Below are positions 24,322 through 34,436 of a stretch of 64,000 nt of DNA, piece by piece. The stretch covers positions 1,888,001 through 1,952,000 of the forward strand of contig CBDCWG010000012.1 in NCBI GenBank assembly GCA_965223345.1. Direction: 5' to 3'. The notes under the pieces are model-generated. The model was not told where the DNA came from. It saw only the letters and a list, made by a program, of their open reading frames with translations, and did not search any database. Both the position numbers and the translations under genes were made by a program. The DNA is from Nitrospinales bacterium (GTDB taxonomy: Bacteria > Nitrospinota > Nitrospinia > Nitrospinales > VA-1). How positions within the stretch are numbered: position 1 is the stretch's first letter; every line of letters begins with the position of its first letter.

Positions 24322-25647
24322 TTATCTGAGACCGGCGGTCAGGAACCACCAGCTGGCGATGCTCGCAGCGTAGCCGAGGGCGATGACCGGCGCCCATTTG
24401 AGGTGCGACATGAACGTGTAGTTCTCCCGGTCCACGCCCATGACGGCGACACCCGCCGCGGAACCGACGGAAAGCAGGCTGCCGCCCACGCCGCAGGTCA
24501 GGGTGATCAACAGCCACTGGTCCAGGCCCATCGCCGGGTCCATTTTGAGGACTGCGTACATGACCGGGATGTTATCGACGATGGCGGAAAGAATGCCGAC
24601 GATGATGTTGGATTTGGTCGGCCCGAGGGTGCCGTACATGTTTTCGCTGACCAGAGCCAGGTAGCCGATGTACTGCAGGGCCCCCACCGCCGTGAGGACG
24701 CCGAAGAAAAACAGCAGCGTGTCGAACTCCACGCCTTCCACTTTGCGAAAAATATCGAAACGCGGGGTTTGACGGCGGCATTCCTCGACGCCCAGCTCCT
24801 TCATCAAGGGGAGGTCTCCCCAGCGCTTCAGGTAAAAGCCGAACAGCATCAATGCGCCGAGACCCATCATCATGCCGAGAAACGGCGGCAGGTGCAGAAA
24901 CTGGTGGAAACTCACCGCCGTGGCGATGGTGAGGATGCCGAGCGCGATGACGACTTTGGCGCCGTGTTTCAGTCTCACTTCTTCGATCGATCCTTCCGGT
25001 TTCTCATCCGGCACGAAGGGATACATGATGAGAGCCGGAATGATCCAGTTGATCACACTCGGGATCATCAGATAGGAGAATTGCAGCGTTTCCACCTTGC
25101 CGGCGGTCCACACCATGAGGGTGGTGATGTCGCCGAAGGGGCTCCAGGCTCCCCCCGCGTTGGCGGCGACCACGATGTTCACGAAAGCCGGAACGATGAA
25201 CCGTCCGTTGCCGCCGCTGACGGCGAGCGCCACGGTGGACATGAGCAGCGCGCTGGTCAGGTTGTCGGCCAGCGGTGACAGGAAAAAGGTGATGATGCCG
25301 GTGGCCCAGAACAGTTTGCGAAAACCCATTCCCTTTCTCAACAGCCAGACCCGCAGCGCCTGGAACACATTGCGCTCGTCGAGCGTGTTGATGTAGGTCA
25401 TTGCCGCAAGAAGAAAAAAGAACAGCTCGCCGATTTCGGCGACCAGTTCCTTGATGAAGTCGTGCGCGTGGCCTCCGCCGTGGGTGGATTCGTACAGCCC
25501 GATCAGCATCCACATGAAGCAGCCGATGAAGATCACGGGCTTGGACTTCCGCATGTGGAGCTTTTCTTCAAAGATGACCAGTATGTAGGCCAGGGTGAAA
25601 CAGATGAGGGCCGCGTACCCTGCCCAGGTGACGGTTAAGTTTTGCAT
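24322..25647 (-). CDS. nhaD: Na+/H+ antiporter NhaD
   Basis: EE...KSKP, LSPLADNLTSAL, AANAGGAWSPFGDITT, SAIVDNIP, GGSLLSVGSAAGV. Confidence 0.93.
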   Translation of the reverse strand: MQNLTVTWAGYAALICFTLAYILVIFEEKLHMRKSKPVIFIGCFMWMLIGLYESTHGGGHAHDFIKELVAEIGELFFFLLAAMTYINTLDERNVFQALRVWLLRKGMGFRKLFWATGIITFFLSPLADNLTSALLMSTVALAVSGGNGRFIVPAFVNIVVAANAGGAWSPFGDITTLMVWTAGKVETLQFSYLMIPSVINWIIPALIMYPFVPDEKPEGSIEEVRLKHGAKVVIALGILTIATAVSFHQFLHLPPFLGMMMGLGALMLFGFYLKRWGDLPLMKELGVEECRRQTPRFDIFRKVEGVEFDTLLFFFGVLTAVGALQYIGYLALVSENMYGTLGPTKSNIIVGILSAIVDNIPVMYAVLKMDPAMGLDQWLLITLTCGVGGSLLSVGSAAGVAVMGVDRENYTFMSHLKWAPVIALGYAASIASWWFLTAGLR

Positions 25648-26277
25648 AAGATCCCTTATATCAATCTATCTGAGTGATTTATACGTTATCGGAACGGTTG
25701 GTTTCGGAGTCTGAGTCTATAGATTAACACTAAATTTCTTGGAATGGTAGGCCCTATCTCATTAATTTTTAATGACATACGTGATAATTGCGGATTTCGG
25801 CCCGTTCGCGGTGGGGACGCCCTGGCGCCCAAAATCCCTGAAAAACCGGCTGTGACGAGTCAGGGAGGCCGCTCACTGGGATTCCCACTTCCGATAATCC
25901 ATCCTTCCTTATGATTGCTGTGGGTTCGCGTTGCGTGTCTTTCTTTTCCTGCGAGACCGGGTCGGTCGCAAACGTGTTGCCGAAACGTGCGGGTTTTGCG
26001 GGTTCCGGATTTCCCGGAAATGCGATACGCGTGCATTATAAGGTAGAGATTCGTGCAGATAAAATGTTTTCGTTGTGGGGAACGTGTGCGTCCCGGCAGC
26101 GCATCTTTATAGAAGAATGATGTGTGTATCGTTGTGATTGTATTGGGAAAATTCGGATTAACTTCTATCGAATTCGGCGAAATTTTCGCGTGATTTTGAG
26201 GCGCAGGTGAGGGACCATTTTCGTCTTAGTACTTAAAAACTAACGGCTTTTTAGGACTTTAGACCTCACAAATTAAG

Positions 26278-26305
26278 TTGACTGTGTCAGGATTTGTGGT
26301 ACTAT
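26278..26305 (+). promoter_or_regulatory. Sigma70-type promoter of ispA-dxs-hisBH
   Basis: TTGACT, 16 nt, TGn-TACTAT. Confidence 0.6.
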
Positions 26306-26371
26306 TTCCGCTGTTGCCATTGGGCGAGCCTCAACAACAGAGTGAAAACTTTTTTGAGTTCAATAGGATAA

Positions 26372-27271
26372 TTGAAAGATTTTGTCTTAGCGCAATATCT
26401 TTCCGATGGCAAAAAGATCATTGATAGCGCAATTGTTGATTTGCTGCCTGCGGAATATAGCTATCCCGAAAGCATTCATAAGGCGATGGCTTACAGCGTT
26501 CTCGCAGGCGGAAAGAGATTGCGGCCGATACTTGTAATCGCGGCAGCCGAAGCCGTTGGAGGAGACCGGCGAGCTGTCCTGCCCTTTGCGGTTGCTGCCG
26601 AATTCATTCACACATACACCCTGATCCACGACGATCTCCCTGCGCTGGACAACGACGACACGCGCAGGGGCAAGCCGACCAATCACAAAGTTTTTGGAGA
26701 AGCCATCGCCATTTTGGCGGGGGACGCGTTGTTGACAGAAGCCTTTGTTTTGATGACGCATTCCCGGTTGATGGATCGGGCTTCGGAAGGGAATATCTTA
26801 AAAGCCGCCCACGAGATGTCCGTGGCTCTGGGGTCCGGCGGGATGATCGGAGGCCAGGTCGTCGATCTGGAATCCGAAGGAAAGCCCATCGACCCGGAAA
26901 CGCTTGAATATATTCATGTGTACAAAACGGGCCATTTGATTCGGGCCTGCATCCGTTCCGGTGCCATACTGAGCGGAGCAGAGCGAAGGCAGCTCAATGC
27001 GCTGTCCCGCTACGGGGCGCACATCGGGCTGGCTTTCCAGATAGTGGATGATATTCTTGACATTACTGGCGATGAGGCCAAGTTAGGAAAAAACGTTGGC
27101 AGCGACGTAGGAAAGGACAAGGCGACGTATCCGGCGCTTTACGGGCTGGAAGAATCGAAGAAGAAAGCGGAAGAACTTGTTGAAGAAAGCATTGCCTGTT
27201 TGGAATCATTCGATGATCGGGCCGATCCACTGCGAGAGATAGCTCGGTTTTTTGTCCAACGTTCATTTTGA
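26372..27271 (+). CDS. ispA: Farnesyl/geranylgeranyl diphosphate synthase
   Basis: GGKRLRP, LIHDDLPALDNDDTRRG, FQIVDDILD, KATYP. Confidence 0.95.
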   Translation: MKDFVLAQYLSDGKKIIDSAIVDLLPAEYSYPESIHKAMAYSVLAGGKRLRPILVIAAAEAVGGDRRAVLPFAVAAEFIHTYTLIHDDLPALDNDDTRRGKPTNHKVFGEAIAILAGDALLTEAFVLMTHSRLMDRASEGNILKAAHEMSVALGSGGMIGGQVVDLESEGKPIDPETLEYIHVYKTGHLIRACIRSGAILSGAERRQLNALSRYGAHIGLAFQIVDDILDITGDEAKLGKNVGSDVGKDKATYPALYGLEESKKKAEELVEESIACLESFDDRADPLREIARFFVQRSF

Positions 27272-27282
27272 CTGGGTACACT

Positions 27283-29280
27283 ATGAGCAAGATTTTAGAA
27301 CAAATCGACGGTCCCGAAGATCTGAAGCTGGTCAAGCGGGAAGATTTGCCTCACCTTGCAAAAGAAATCCGGGAGATCCTGTTACAGGTGATTTCGAAAA
27401 CCGGGGGACATCTGGCGTCCAACCTGGGAGTGGTGGAACTCACTCTTGCAATGCATTACGTTTTCGACAGCCCAAGGGATAAATTCGTCTGGGATGTTGG
27501 ACATCAGACCTACGTTCATAAACTGCTCACAGGTAGAAAAAATAATTTCGGCACCCTGCGCCAATACAACGGACTGTGTGGATTCACCAAGCGGGAGGAA
27601 AGCGAGCACGATCACTGGAACTGTGGTCATGGCGGCACCTCCATTTCCGCCGCTTTGGCTTTTGCGAAAGCGCGCGATCTGAAAAAGGAGTCCCACGACG
27701 TGGTGGCGGTGATCGGCGACGGTTCCCTCACCGCCGGCATGGCCTTTGAGGGACTCAACCACACCGGCCACATCCAGAACGATATGATCGTCGTGCTGAA
27801 CGACAACGAGATGTCGATCTCGGCCAACGTCGGCGGGATGTCCGCGCACCTGAGCAAAATTCTCACCGGTCAGGTGATGACCAAGATCAAGCAGGAAGTG
27901 GATGAGTTGCTGCTCGCCATTCCGGGGATCGGCAAGGACATCTCCCGCTACGCGCATCGCATCGATGAGGCGATCAAAGGCGTGTTCATCCCGGGGCGGC
28001 TTTTTGAGGATCTGGGCTTCCGTTATGTCGGTCCGGTGGACGGGCACGACGTGGACACGCTGATCGACACCTTCGACTCCCTGCGCGGGCTTCACGGACC
28101 GACGCTGCTGCACGTGGTCACGCGCAAAGGCAAGGGCTACGAGCTGGCCGAGGAGAAGGCCGACGTGTGGCACGGGGCGAAACCGTTCGACATCGCCACC
28201 GGGCAGTTCGTCAAAAAGAAAGCCAACCCGGCGTACACGCAGGTGTTCGCGGAGGCGCTGATCGAGCTGGCCGAGGAAGACGAGAAGATCATCGGCATCA
28301 CGGCGGCCATGCCGGATGGAACCGGGATCAGCAAGTTTGAAAAAGCGTTCCCGCAGCGTACGTTCGATGTGGGGATGGCGGAACAGCACGCGGTCTCGTT
28401 TGCCGGCGCGCTGTCCATCGAAGGCTTCCGGCCGGTGGCGGCAATCTACTCGACCTTCCTGCAGCGGGCCTACGATCAGGTCGTGCACGATATTTGCCTG
28501 ATGAACCTGCCGGTGACGTTCGCGATGGACCGGGCGGGGATCGTGGGCGAAGACGGGGCGACGCATCAGGGTCTGTACGACATCGCTTTTCTGCGGACGC
28601 TGCCCAACATGGTGGTGATGGCGCCCAAGGATGAGAACGAGCTGCGCCACATGCTGAAAACGGCCATTTACCATCCCGGGCCCGCAGCGCTGCGATATCC
28701 GCGCGGATCGGGGCTGGGTGTGGAGATCGATCCCAAGATACAGAGCCTGCCGATCGGCAAGGGCGAAGTGTTGCGGGAAGGCACCGACATCGCGGTCTTC
28801 GCCTACGGCCACATGGTGGCTTCATCTCTGAAGGCGGCCGAACTTCTGGAAAAAGAGGGGCTGAGCGTGGCGGTCATCAACGCCCGCTTCGCCAAGCCGG
28901 TGGACAGCGAACTGGTCCGGCGGTTTGCGGAAACCACGCCCTGTCTGATCACGGTGGAAGAGCATGCGCTGAAAGGCGGCTTCGGGTCCGCCATCCTGGA
29001 AGTGCTGCAGGAGGAAGGGCTCACGGAACGGGTGGCGCCCAAATGCATCGGGCTGGAGGACATCGTTCTGGAGCACGGAGCGCCGAACGTGCAGCGCAAG
29101 GATCTCAAACTGGATCCTCAGGGAATTTTTGAAACGATTTTGGCCCATTATCAAAAGATCAACGAGCCGGCGCCTGTGGACAGCGGCCACAAGGTGTACG
29201 CCGGCAACGGCGGCAAAAAGTCCGTCAACGGCAACGGCAAGAAGGGCCTTTTGAAACTGAAGCATTCTGTGAATGGCTAG
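27283..29280 (+). CDS. dxs: 1-deoxy-D-xylulose-5-phosphate synthase
   Basis: GGHLASNLG, WDVGHQ, GDGSLTAG...LNDN, YSTFLQRAYDQ, DGATHQG. Confidence 0.98.
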   Translation: MSKILEQIDGPEDLKLVKREDLPHLAKEIREILLQVISKTGGHLASNLGVVELTLAMHYVFDSPRDKFVWDVGHQTYVHKLLTGRKNNFGTLRQYNGLCGFTKREESEHDHWNCGHGGTSISAALAFAKARDLKKESHDVVAVIGDGSLTAGMAFEGLNHTGHIQNDMIVVLNDNEMSISANVGGMSAHLSKILTGQVMTKIKQEVDELLLAIPGIGKDISRYAHRIDEAIKGVFIPGRLFEDLGFRYVGPVDGHDVDTLIDTFDSLRGLHGPTLLHVVTRKGKGYELAEEKADVWHGAKPFDIATGQFVKKKANPAYTQVFAEALIELAEEDEKIIGITAAMPDGTGISKFEKAFPQRTFDVGMAEQHAVSFAGALSIEGFRPVAAIYSTFLQRAYDQVVHDICLMNLPVTFAMDRAGIVGEDGATHQGLYDIAFLRTLPNMVVMAPKDENELRHMLKTAIYHPGPAALRYPRGSGLGVEIDPKIQSLPIGKGEVLREGTDIAVFAYGHMVASSLKAAELLEKEGLSVAVINARFAKPVDSELVRRFAETTPCLITVEEHALKGGFGSAILEVLQEEGLTERVAPKCIGLEDIVLEHGAPNVQRKDLKLDPQGIFETILAHYQKINEPAPVDSGHKVYAGNGGKKSVNGNGKKGLLKLKHSVNG

Positions 29281-29860
29281 AACCTCTCAAGTCACGCGTG
29301 CGACACGGGAAACGGAAATCCAGGTCGAGGTCAACATCGACGGGACCGGTGTGCAGGATATCCAGACGTCCATCCCGTTTCTCGATCACATGCTCGCGCA
29401 GTTGGCGAAGCATGGGTTTTTCGACCTCAAGGTTATAGCCAAAGGCGACATCCACATCGATTACCACCATACGGTGGAAGATGTGGGCATCACCCTCGGG
29501 CAGGCGTTCGAGAAGGCCCTGGGCGACAAAAAGGGGATCCGCCGGTTTTCCCAGGCGTCCGTCCCGCTCAATGAGGCGCTGGCCAATTGCGTGGTCGATA
29601 TTTCCGGCCGCGCTTTTTTTGTGTTCGAGCTTGAGCTGCCCAAATCCAAGATCGGCCAGTTCGATGTAGAGCTGGTGCCGGAGTTTTTCCAGGCTTTCTC
29701 CGCCAACAGCGGCCTCACCCTGCATTTTCATTCCTGCTACTGGAGCAATCTCCACCACATCGTCGAAGCGCTGTTCAAATCCTTCGCCCGGGCTCTCGAT
29801 CAGGCCTGCGCGCTCGACCCGCGTTCGCAGGCCATCCCGTCCACGAAGGGGAAGCTGTGA
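29273..29860 (+). CDS. hisB: Imidazoleglycerol-phosphate dehydratase
   Basis: FLDHML, DYHHTVED, NLHHIVEA, PSTKG. Confidence 0.97.
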   Translation: MARTSQVTRATRETEIQVEVNIDGTGVQDIQTSIPFLDHMLAQLAKHGFFDLKVIAKGDIHIDYHHTVEDVGITLGQAFEKALGDKKGIRRFSQASVPLNEALANCVVDISGRAFFVFELELPKSKIGQFDVELVPEFFQAFSANSGLTLHFHSCYWSNLHHIVEALFKSFARALDQACALDPRSQAIPSTKGKL

Positions 29861-30486
29861 TCGCGATCGTCGATTACGGCATGGGCAACCTGCGCTCGGT
29901 GCAGAAGGGATTCGAGTCGGTGGGAGCCGACGCGGTGGTGACCCACGACAAGGACACCATCCTTTCCGCGCATTCCGTCGTCCTGCCCGGCGTCGGCGCT
30001 TTCAAGGACTGCATGCACAATCTGGAGCGGCTCGATCTGGTCGATGTGGTGCACCGGTCGATCCAGAGCGGCAAGCCGTTTCTGGGCATCTGTCTCGGCC
30101 TGCAGCTGCTGTTCAACCAGAGTGAGGAATTCGGCCGGGTTTCCGGTCTGGGGGTGCTGCCCGGCGAGGTGGTGGGGTTTTCCGGCCGCATGCCGGATTC
30201 TACTGAGGAGCCGGGGCTCAAGATCCCGCACATGGGCTGGAACACGGTGCGGGTGCACGGCGACAATCCGCTGTTCGCGTCGATCCCCAACGATTCGTAT
30301 TTTTATTTCGTGCATTCCTATTATGTGGTGCCGCAAAACCCGGAGGACGTGGCGACCACGACCCACTACGGCGTGGAGTTCGTTTCCAGCGTCCACCATG
30401 AAAACATCTTCGCGTTCCAGTTCCATCCGGAAAAAAGCCAGAAGCTGGGACTGACTCTCCTGAAAAACTTTTCCCAATTGAACTGA
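29857..30486 (+). CDS. hisH: Imidazole glycerol phosphate synthase glutaminase subunit
   Basis: DYGMGN, PGVG, GICLG, PHMGWN, FVHSY, QFHPEKS. Confidence 0.97.
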   Translation: MIAIVDYGMGNLRSVQKGFESVGADAVVTHDKDTILSAHSVVLPGVGAFKDCMHNLERLDLVDVVHRSIQSGKPFLGICLGLQLLFNQSEEFGRVSGLGVLPGEVVGFSGRMPDSTEEPGLKIPHMGWNTVRVHGDNPLFASIPNDSYFYFVHSYYVVPQNPEDVATTTHYGVEFVSSVHHENIFAFQFHPEKSQKLGLTLLKNFSQLN

Positions 30487-30570
30487 CGCCCGGTCCCCGG
30501 CGATGACGTGCGGGTGCGCGGCGGGGATTGCGATGAGCGGGCCTGGCGTTGAACGCTTGAGGCGTGCAAG

Positions 30571-31485
30571 GTGAATCCCTCCGACACCGATTCCAATCCC
30601 CACTATCTGCGCGGGGTGGTCCTGGCGCTGGTGACGGCGGTCCTGTGGGGCGTCCTGCCGATCTTTCTGCGCATCGCGCTCAACGAGCTTTCCCCCGGAA
30701 CCATCGCCTGGTTCCGCTTTCTGTTTTCCTTTCTCCTGCTGTATCTGCTGCTGGCGCTGAAAGGTAGCCAGCCCACGCGCATCCTCGTGCGGCCGCCGGG
30801 ACTCGGTCTGCTGGCCGGGGTGTCGCTGTCGGCCAATTATTTCGCCGTCACCGAAGCGATCCGCCTGTCCAGCCCCTCCAACGTGGCCATCCTCATCCAG
30901 CTGGCGCCGGTGATGCTGGTGATCGTCGGCGTGCTGTTTTTCAAGGAGCGGATCAGCCGCTTGCAGTCGCTGGGCTTTGCGGTCGCGGCCGTCGGGTTCG
31001 TTCTGTTCTACCGGGAGCGGCAGGGGCAGGTTCAGGACCTGGAGCTGTACGCCACGGCGTGGTTTTACATCCTGCTGGGCACCTCGGTCTGGGTGCTCTA
31101 TATCTCTTGCCAGAAAATCCTCAGCCGCTCGTTCAGCGCGCAGTCGTTGAACCTCTTGGTATACGGCACCGCTGCGGTCGCGCTGCTGCCGCTGGTGCGC
31201 TGGGCCGAATTCGCCCCGTTGAGCCTTATGGGATGGACGGTGCTGGTCTTTCTCGGGCTCAACACGCTGCTGGCTTACGGGGCGCTGGCCGAATCGGTGA
31301 AGTACATACCGCTGACAGTCATCAGCCCGCTGATCACGCTCAATCCATTGATCACGCTGGCGGGGATGTGGGTTCTGCCGCGTTTCGTGCCGGAGAGGCT
31401 GGCGGCAGAGGTCATCGGATCGTGGGGTTATATCGGGGCCGTCGTCGCCGTTGCCGGCGTGGTGCTGGTGGTGATGAAGAAGTGA
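30571..31485 (+). CDS. DMT/EamA family transporter
   Basis: About 10 TMs with duplicated EamA pattern (LWG, RF, FKE). Confidence 0.88.
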   Translation: MNPSDTDSNPHYLRGVVLALVTAVLWGVLPIFLRIALNELSPGTIAWFRFLFSFLLLYLLLALKGSQPTRILVRPPGLGLLAGVSLSANYFAVTEAIRLSSPSNVAILIQLAPVMLVIVGVLFFKERISRLQSLGFAVAAVGFVLFYRERQGQVQDLELYATAWFYILLGTSVWVLYISCQKILSRSFSAQSLNLLVYGTAAVALLPLVRWAEFAPLSLMGWTVLVFLGLNTLLAYGALAESVKYIPLTVISPLITLNPLITLAGMWVLPRFVPERLAAEVIGSWGYIGAVVAVAGVVLVVMKK

Positions 31486-31579
31486 GGCCTTTCGATGGGG
31501 TTTTTTTTCGGGGATTGCGATACCGGGTGGCGCAACCTATGTTTGGTACAGGAAGGGGGTTTCCTGCAAAAGTAAGGAG

Positions 31580-32095
31580 ATGAATATGGAAACCAATGCG
31601 TTGCCGAAATACGATCTAAGCGACAACCCGACGGGTTGTTGTCCCCGGTTCAAGCCGGAAGGATGGGACGGGCAGGAGCTGCATTTTGAGGAAAAACGGT
31701 TCGTCAAGGCCAAAACGCGCTGCCTGTTTCATGTGCCTCTCAATATGGGCTCGGTATTCACCAAAACGTGGGCTGCGATCGAAAAAGCGAATGCTTACAG
31801 CGAGGATGATTTGATCGTGCTTTCCCACGACCCGTCGCCCTGGATAGGCGAGCATTTTTTTTCGGTGAACAAAGACGTGCCGGGCCAGGACATAGTGCGT
31901 TTGACGGGCGACTACCTGACCAAGGTTTTTGAGGGGCCCTACAAAGATGCGCGAAAATGGTGTGAGGAAATGCAGGATTTCGTGGAGAGCAAGGGCCGGA
32001 CGTTGAAAAAAAATTATTTCTTTTACACGACCTGCCCCAAGTGCCTCAAAGTCTATGGCAAAAACTATGTGGTCGCCGTCGCCGAGGTGGCATGA
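31580..32095 (+). CDS. Conserved 'hydrolase'-annotated small protein (CCPRF...YTTCPKC)
   Basis: AAGGAG RBS; motifs CCPRFKPEGWD, KVFEGPY, YTTCPKCxKxYGKNYVV. Confidence 0.75.
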   Translation: MNMETNALPKYDLSDNPTGCCPRFKPEGWDGQELHFEEKRFVKAKTRCLFHVPLNMGSVFTKTWAAIEKANAYSEDDLIVLSHDPSPWIGEHFFSVNKDVPGQDIVRLTGDYLTKVFEGPYKDARKWCEEMQDFVESKGRTLKKNYFFYTTCPKCLKVYGKNYVVAVAEVA

Positions 32096-32102
32096 CGGAT
32101 CG

Positions 32103-32131
32103 GAAACCGGGCCTGTAAAGAGCCCGGTTTC
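32103..32131. terminator. Bidirectional terminator-like hairpin
   Basis: GAAACCGGGC / GCCCGGTTTC between convergent genes. Confidence 0.65.
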
Positions 32132-32162
32132 TCGAACCGAATCGGATTTCAACTTCTGTCGG

Positions 32163-33608
32163 TCAGGATCGATCGAGCCATTTTTCGATTCGATCGCCGT
32201 AATCCGGATCGCATTTTCTAAAGTGCTGGATGTTCTTGAGCGCCAGATCTCGGGGGATCGACTGCATGGTACCGGCTATGGTAGCGGTCAGGCGATCCTT
32301 TTGCTCTTCTGACAGGATGTTGTAAAGCGCGCCCGCCTGAGAAAAATCGTCGCTGCCGGTATGCGCTTCGTGGGCGTTGTAACGATCCGCGTCTCCCGCG
32401 ATCATGAGGTACGGTTCCTTTACGGACGGATCCTGCACCGGACCGCCGAAACCGTTGGGTTCGTAATTATCCTGGCCGGCGGCGTTGCCATCGAAGCGCA
32501 GCGCCCCGTCGCGTTGATAATTGTTGACCGCGTTTTTGGGGCGATTGACGGGCAGACTCTGATAATTGGCGCCGATCCGGTATCGCTGAGCATCGGGATA
32601 GGCAAACAGCCGGGCCTGCAGCATCTTGTCCGGAGAAGCGCCGATTCCCGGCGGCATGTTGGCCGGAGAAAAAGCCGCCTGCTCCACCTCGGCAAAATAA
32701 TTCTCCGGGTTGCGATTGAGTTCCAGGACGCCGACATCGATCAACGGGTAGTCCTTATGCGGCCAGACCTTCGTCAGGTCGAAGGGGTTCACGGCATAGG
32801 TATCGGCCTCTTTCTCCGGCATGATCTGGATTTTCAGATTCCATTTGGGAAACTCTTTCCGTTCGATGGCTTCGAAAAGGTCCCTTCCCGCGTAATCCGG
32901 ATCTTCACCGGCAATGCGGGCCGCCTCTTCTCCGTTTAAGCACTGGATCCCCTGGGCGGACTTGAAGTGAAATTTCACCCAGAACCGTTCTCCCGCTTTG
33001 TTCCAGAAAGCGAACGTGTGGCTTCCGTATCCGTTCATGAAGCGGTAGCCGTCGGGAATGCCCCGGTCGCTGAAGAGGATAGTCATCTGGTGCAGTGCCT
33101 GCGGGGCCTTGGCCCAGTAATCCCACATCCGCACCGGGTTTTTGTAACCGGTCTGCGGGTCGCGCTTTTGCGAATGGATGAAATCGGGAAACTTCAGCGG
33201 GTCCCGTTCGAAAAATACGGGCGTGTTGTTGCCCACCACATCCCAGATGCCCTCATCGGTGTAAAACTTGACCGCAAAGCCTCTGGGGTCGCGTTCGGTG
33301 TCGGCCGAACCCTTCTCACCCGCGACGGTGGAGAACCTTAAAAACACATCCGTCTTTTTCCCGACTTCACGGAACACATCCGCTTGCGTGTATTTCGTGA
33401 TGTCGTGCGTGACGGTGAAGGTGCCGTAAGCGCCCGAGCCCTTGGCGTGGACGACGCGTTCGGGAACGCGTTCGCGGTTGAAGTGCGCGAGTTTTTCAAT
33501 CAGGTGCATGTCCTGCAACAACACCGGGCCGCGTTCGCCTGCGGTCAAACTGTGCTGGTTTTCCGGTACGGGGTGTCCCCCGGCTGTGGTCAGAGTTTTG
33601 ACTTTCAT
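32163..33608 (-). CDS. katA: Monofunctional small-subunit heme catalase
   Basis: [49 protein letters not shown]. Confidence 0.97.
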   Translation of the reverse strand: MKVKTLTTAGGHPVPENQHSLTAGERGPVLLQDMHLIEKLAHFNRERVPERVVHAKGSGAYGTFTVTHDITKYTQADVFREVGKKTDVFLRFSTVAGEKGSADTERDPRGFAVKFYTDEGIWDVVGNNTPVFFERDPLKFPDFIHSQKRDPQTGYKNPVRMWDYWAKAPQALHQMTILFSDRGIPDGYRFMNGYGSHTFAFWNKAGERFWVKFHFKSAQGIQCLNGEEAARIAGEDPDYAGRDLFEAIERKEFPKWNLKIQIMPEKEADTYAVNPFDLTKVWPHKDYPLIDVGVLELNRNPENYFAEVEQAAFSPANMPPGIGASPDKMLQARLFAYPDAQRYRIGANYQSLPVNRPKNAVNNYQRDGALRFDGNAAGQDNYEPNGFGGPVQDPSVKEPYLMIAGDADRYNAHEAHTGSDDFSQAGALYNILSEEQKDRLTATIAGTMQSIPRDLALKNIQHFRKCDPDYGDRIEKWLDRS

Positions 33609-34105
33609 GCTGTGGCCTCCTTTCGAAAATGGGATCGCATCAATCCCCACAGGATTTTTGTGAAATTCATCAGGCTTTGAAACCGGCTGTGGTTGGCTTT
33701 GGGTTGCAGCAGGGCCAACACCTGGCGTCGGCCAAACGCGCTGGCCCACTGTTCCGCGGTCATGCCCGTGTGATTTTTTACATCCTTGCGGGCGCCGTGA
33801 CGGATCAGAAGCTGGATCGCTTCCACATCCCCCTTGAACGCGGCCCCCATGAGGACGGTGTTGCCGGAAAAGTCCGAGGAGTTCGGATCGGCGCCGCGGC
33901 TCAGCAGCAATTCGGAAACGGCATGGTTTCCGTTGTAAACCGAGAGCATCAGGGGAGAGTGGCCCTTGTGATTCTTCCGGTTGAGGTCGCTCCCCGGATT
34001 TTGGTCCAAAAACGCCCCGGTTGCCTCAGCGTCGCTGCTTCTGGCCAGGGAAAAAAGGTTGTTCGGATTTCCAAATGTCGCTTTGTAGTCATTCCAGTTG
34101 CGCAT
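33605..34105 (-). CDS. Ankyrin-repeat protein translationally coupled to catalase
   Basis: [28 protein letters not shown] repeats; stop overlaps the katA ATG. Confidence 0.9.
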   Translation of the reverse strand: MRNWNDYKATFGNPNNLFSLARSSDAEATGAFLDQNPGSDLNRKNHKGHSPLMLSVYNGNHAVSELLLSRGADPNSSDFSGNTVLMGAAFKGDVEAIQLLIRHGARKDVKNHTGMTAEQWASAFGRRQVLALLQPKANHSRFQSLMNFTKILWGLMRSHFRKEATA

Positions 34106-34201
34106 GGTTTTCCTTTCTGGATGCAATCGTGGAACGGGTTGAAAAGGGTCCGATTCGGGTCTGCGTTCATGAACTGGATCCAGTGTGCCTGAAAACGTTT
34201 T

Positions 34202-34246
34202 ATAGATAAAATCTTATAAATTTATATTTATATAGATTTAATCTAT
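34202..34246. promoter_or_regulatory. Putative OxyR/LysR-type operator upstream of ankyrin-katA
   Basis: ATAG-N7-CTAT at 34232-34246 and a near-match ATAG-N7-CTTA at 34202-34216 in an AT-rich patch. Confidence 0.55.
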
Positions 34247-34355
34247 TTTATGTGACGGGTGGAGGGGGGATTGGGAAAGGGGTGATTGGGCTGCAAAAGC
34301 GGGTACGTCCGGTCAAACGGACTCAGGAGTTCGAAGGTCGCCGAAGAGTGAGAAT

Positions 34356-34383
34356 AAAAAAAACCGGGTCCCGAAGGACCCGG
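34356..34383 (-). terminator. Rho-independent terminator of the lipoprotein operon
   Basis: CCGGGTCC-CGAA-GGACCCGG stem with an A8 tract (U tract on the minus strand). Confidence 0.8.
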
Positions 34384-34436
34384 CTCCTGGTTGCCATCAA
34401 TGTTGCCATCAATTTAAAAAAACATCGGACCGGATA

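Noticed and set aside
25650..26370. oriC or dif site
   Set aside because: No clustered DnaA boxes and no convincing XerC/XerD dif match by eye.
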